A stretch of DNA of 35,062 nucleotides from the NCBI RefSeq assembly GCF_001186125.1, contig NW_014039935.1:12986-48047 (forward strand), in the 5' to 3' direction. The notes below the pieces were generated by a model. That model worked only from the letters and a program-made list of their open reading frames with translations. It searched no databases and had not been told where the DNA came from. The position numbers and the translations under genes were made by a program. This document shows positions 32,108 to 35,062 of this stretch, piece after piece (position 1 is the first letter of the stretch; the number at the start of each line of letters is the position of its first letter). Source of the stretch: Sphaeroforma arctica JP610. Taxonomy: Eukaryota.

Positions 32108-35007
32108 CGGCACCTCTTGCCATGTGTTCAGTTGATTTACACGTGTTACCGTGTGCTTATGCACATCTGTTCAATACTTTGGCTTTGCAGGCGAGAGGGT
32201 TCGACTGGGGATCGCTTGCACTCGTTCTTCCAAAAGACTGTCACGACACCCGTCAACTCACTCATAGGCACAAACAGCAGCGACAGGCGGAACAGTATGA
32301 AAGCCTCGACAAGCGATGAGCGGACACGCAGTGATTGGGGTCCAGGAGTGTATGTATACGTAGTCTGTTAATATATCTATATAATTGAAATAGAGTGTAT
32401 GTATGTGTAAATAGTATGTGTATATATCTATATACCAAAATGGAATGTATGTGTATACAGCACGTGGATGTATCTCTATACTCATAATGGAGTGTATATG
32501 TATATGTGCATGTATGTTGATATATCAAAACCCTGTATACAAAATATAGGGTGTATGTGTGTATGGATCTTTATCAAATCTGTATATTTAAAAATGGAGT
32601 GGAATGGCTGCACCTGACGTGCATTGAGATTCATGTACGTGTAAATGTACATACGAAATGGCTAGTGGACGTGCATTAAGATTCATGTATGTGTAAATGT
32701 ACATACGAAACGGTTAGTGGAACGGATTCTGTAACAACACACTTCACCACATAATATTGGTAATTATATATGTGTATCTGTATCGAAGAAATAGTTATAA
32801 ACAGCACAACATTGGTAATCATGTACGTGTATCTGTGTAGAAGAAATAGCTATAAACAGCAACCTTTTCTGTACACTCACACTTAGCCACCTAAAATTGA
32901 AGAGATGCACTTTCGTATATTCAGAGACTTTCTGGTTTGAGTTAATTGGCGTCTCTGCCTATGTGAACCTTCCCTGTATCCCTTTTGCAAATATTCACAC
33001 TTAAGATCAAAATGGGTCCTGTCGTACCAAAATAACCGGACAAGTAACCCCGTTCGCTGGAAAATGAGGACTTGGAGTACGACCTAACCCAATTTTTTGC
33101 CTTATTTTTGTCACAGAACGGCGTATGGGGCCGACTACACCGACTACCGCAGGAAGCTCATGAACATTAAGAATGTATGCTGCACCCATCCATGTGTCCA
33201 ATGTTCTATTTTAGGTGCAATACATTACGGTTCGGGTTCAGAATGTTAGTGAACCCTAAAATCGGGCCACTATTTCATATTGTCCACTCGGTTAAGGGCC
33301 ACTTTCAGGCCGATACTGTTTAAGATCGCGCCGCATTCGATCCTTTGTCTAGTTGTATTCCGATTCAAGGCCTGATCATATCTATAGCACGATTGTCTAA
33401 TACTTTCAGCTCGTTTATATTCCACTTTCAAACTATTGCTTTCAACTCGTTTATATTCCACTTTCAAACTATTGCTTTCAACTCGTTTATATTCCACTTT
33501 CAGGCCAAAGGAGAACTAGAATAATACTAAACTATTGCTTTCAGTTCGTTGATATTCCACTTTCAGGCCAAAGGAGAGCTAGAATAGTACTAGACTATAG
33601 CATTCAGCTCGATTATGTTCCACTTTCAGGCCAAAGGAGAGCTAGAATAGAACTAGACTATTGCTTTCAGTTCGTTGATATTCCACTTTCAGGCCAAAGG
33701 AGAGCTAGAATAGTACTAGACTATAACATTCAGCTCGTTTATATTCCACTTTCAGGCCAAAGGAGAGCTAGAATAGTACTAGACTATAGCTTTCAGCTCG
33801 TTTATGTTCCACTTTCAGGCCAAAGGAGAGCTAGAATAGTACTAGACTATTGCTTTCAACTCGTTTATATTCCACTTTCAGGCCAAAGGAGAGCTAAAAA
33901 AGTACTAGACTATTGCTTTCACCTCGTTTATATTCCACTTTCAGGCCAAAGGAGAGCTACAGCAAGACATGGTGGTAGATCTGGAGCAGCTGATGCTGCA
34001 ACAAGAAGAAGTCGATGACAAGCATGTGCGTGACGTTGCAATGAGTCATGTTTTTACAAAGCTTTACTTGGTTTGAGTATATTCGTTCTCCTTTTAAAAC
34101 GCAAATGTTCTGTTGTATTGGGGCTGTTTTGCACAGCACCAGGTGCTGCATTGTATGAATATATTAGGGCTGTATTGCATGAACATAGCAGGGTTATATA
34201 TCAAAGTTGTATATTGTATGAATGTATTATGGTTATGTATCAGGGTTATATATTGTATGAGAATATTGGGGTTTTATATCAGGGTTGTATATTGTATGAG
34301 AATATTGGGGTTGTATATCAGGGTTGTATATTGTAAGAGAATATTGGGGTTATATATCAGGGTTGTATAATGTATGAATGTATTAGGGTTATGTATTAGG
34401 GTTATATATCATTAGGGTTATATATCAGGGTTATATATTGTATGAGAATATTAGGTTTGTATATCAAGTTGTATATTGTATGAATGTATTAGGGTTATGT
34501 ATCAGGGTTGTATATTGTATGAATATAGCAAGGTGGTATGGCACGAGGTCTGTTTCTACAGCATGTAATTCACTATATCACACGCAGCAGTATCCGCATT
34601 GACAGTTAACACGGAGAGAAAAGATATGTCACCCATCTATACCTAGCTAGGACCATTATAGATAAGCTAACCAAACTACTATATGCAGGCGACATTCACT
34701 CATTTGAAGATAAAGCATTGGGTTTTAGGGTTTAGCAGAAAGGGTTTTAGGGTTTTAGGGTTTTAGTTGTGTATGCGGAATGAGACAAGGTCAGTTGTCT
34801 AGTCCACGCAATCAATGGGGTGTGGCAGACCATTGAGACCTCAGAAGCAAACAATTACACACGCGGGTATGCAGACTTAAACAAGCACATCATGTACGTT
34901 CACGAGGATAAGGGGATCATGAAGGAGAAGAAGGTACCACACAATATGGTTTGTGATGATTTAGCCTGGTTGTCATATAGGAAGATAAGAAGATCGAGTT
35001 GCGCTGT
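30317..35007 (+). CDS. Partial multi-exon gene 2, unknown product, possible PH-like domain, truncated by the window end
   Basis: Candidate exons: 30317-30402 (MSNSQPDL...GKRGHR), 32191-32347 (REGSTGDRL...WGPG), 33945-34025 (AKGELQQDMVVDLEQ...DDKH), ~34803-34933 (HAINGVWQ...KEKK), 34981-35007 (EDKKIELRC). The first three join in phase. The junction into the 34.8-kb exon is unresolved, so an exon may be missing. Confidence 0.6.
30870..31020. repeat. Degenerate ~30-32-bp minisatellite (AAACAGTAGGAAAT...)
   Basis: AAACAGTArGAAA at ~30905, 30935 and 30968. Confidence 0.7.
31659..31762 (+). pseudogene. Degenerate duplicate of gene 2 exon 32191-32292
   Basis: Reads REGSTGDRLHPFVQKTITAPVNPL, then a +1 frameshift, then VGTNSSGKRK. 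The acceptor CAG is replaced by TAC. The upstream intron sequence is also homologous. Confidence 0.85.
31847..32107. repeat. (CA)n(TA)n microsatellite with a gap
   Basis: Directly visible. Confidence 0.95.
33397..33959. repeat. 63-bp tandem array (8 acceptor-bearing units, preceded by 36-bp subunits) overlapping a gene 2 acceptor
   Basis: TTCCACTTTCAG ends at 33503, 33566, 33629, 33692, 33755, 33818, 33881 and 33944. Confidence 0.95.
34150..34528. repeat. 39-bp intronic minisatellite (~9 units)
   Basis: GAATATTGGG at 34261, 34300 and 34339; consensus close to GGGTTrTATATCAGGGTTGTATATTGTATGAGAATATT. Confidence 0.9.
34718..34766 (+). repeat. Short telomere-like (TTTTAGGG/TTTAGGG) tract
   Basis: GGTTTTAGGGTTTAG...AGGGTTTTAGGGTTTTAGGGTTTTAG. 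Confidence 0.7.
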
Positions 35008-35019
35008 GTATGGATGTAT

Positions 35020-35021
<2 letters not shown>

Positions 35022-35059
<38 letters not shown>
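35022..35059. repeat. (CA)n microsatellite
   Basis: Directly visible. Confidence 0.95.
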
Positions 35060-35061
<2 letters not shown>

Positions 35062-35062
35062 C

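Noticed and set aside
29523..32190. HTHT/CVCV-rich ORFs, also around 22030-23040
   Set aside because: Translations of CA/TA microsatellites and N-gaps.
33006..33090. Possible gene 2 exon after TTAAG at 33005
   Set aside because: All three frames reach a stop within 30 codons and no convincing donor gives a phase-consistent chain.
33397..33959. Regular arrays here and at 19182-19718 as CRISPR
   Set aside because: The units repeat in full with no unique spacers, there are no cas genes, and the context is eukaryotic and intronic.

Overview
Eukaryotic nuclear draft-assembly DNA: GT-AG introns, CA/TA microsatellites and five N-gaps. The organism cannot be identified from sequence alone. Bases 1-12.2 kb are AT-rich, decayed mobile and repeat DNA. 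They include a minus-strand reverse-transcriptase pseudogene with DIRS/Ngaro-type motifs, a ~420-bp direct-repeat pair and several tandem duplications. A tRNA-Thr(CGT) gene with two stem mismatches lies at 12363-12434 (-). The main feature is a 15-exon minus-strand gene (26208->14003) that I assembled by hand; all intron phases match and it encodes 1877 aa. The protein has four tandem ~105-aa Cys/His modules, each with two putative zinc sites, an unrecognised middle domain, and what looks like a catalytically dead, lobe-1-only SNF2/SWI2 ATPase domain broken up by long acidic insertions. A second, divergent plus-strand gene starts near 30317, may carry a PH-like domain and runs off the window end. 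In both genes, intronic tandem arrays repeatedly copy the neighbouring exon-intron junction and create rows of decoy splice sites.
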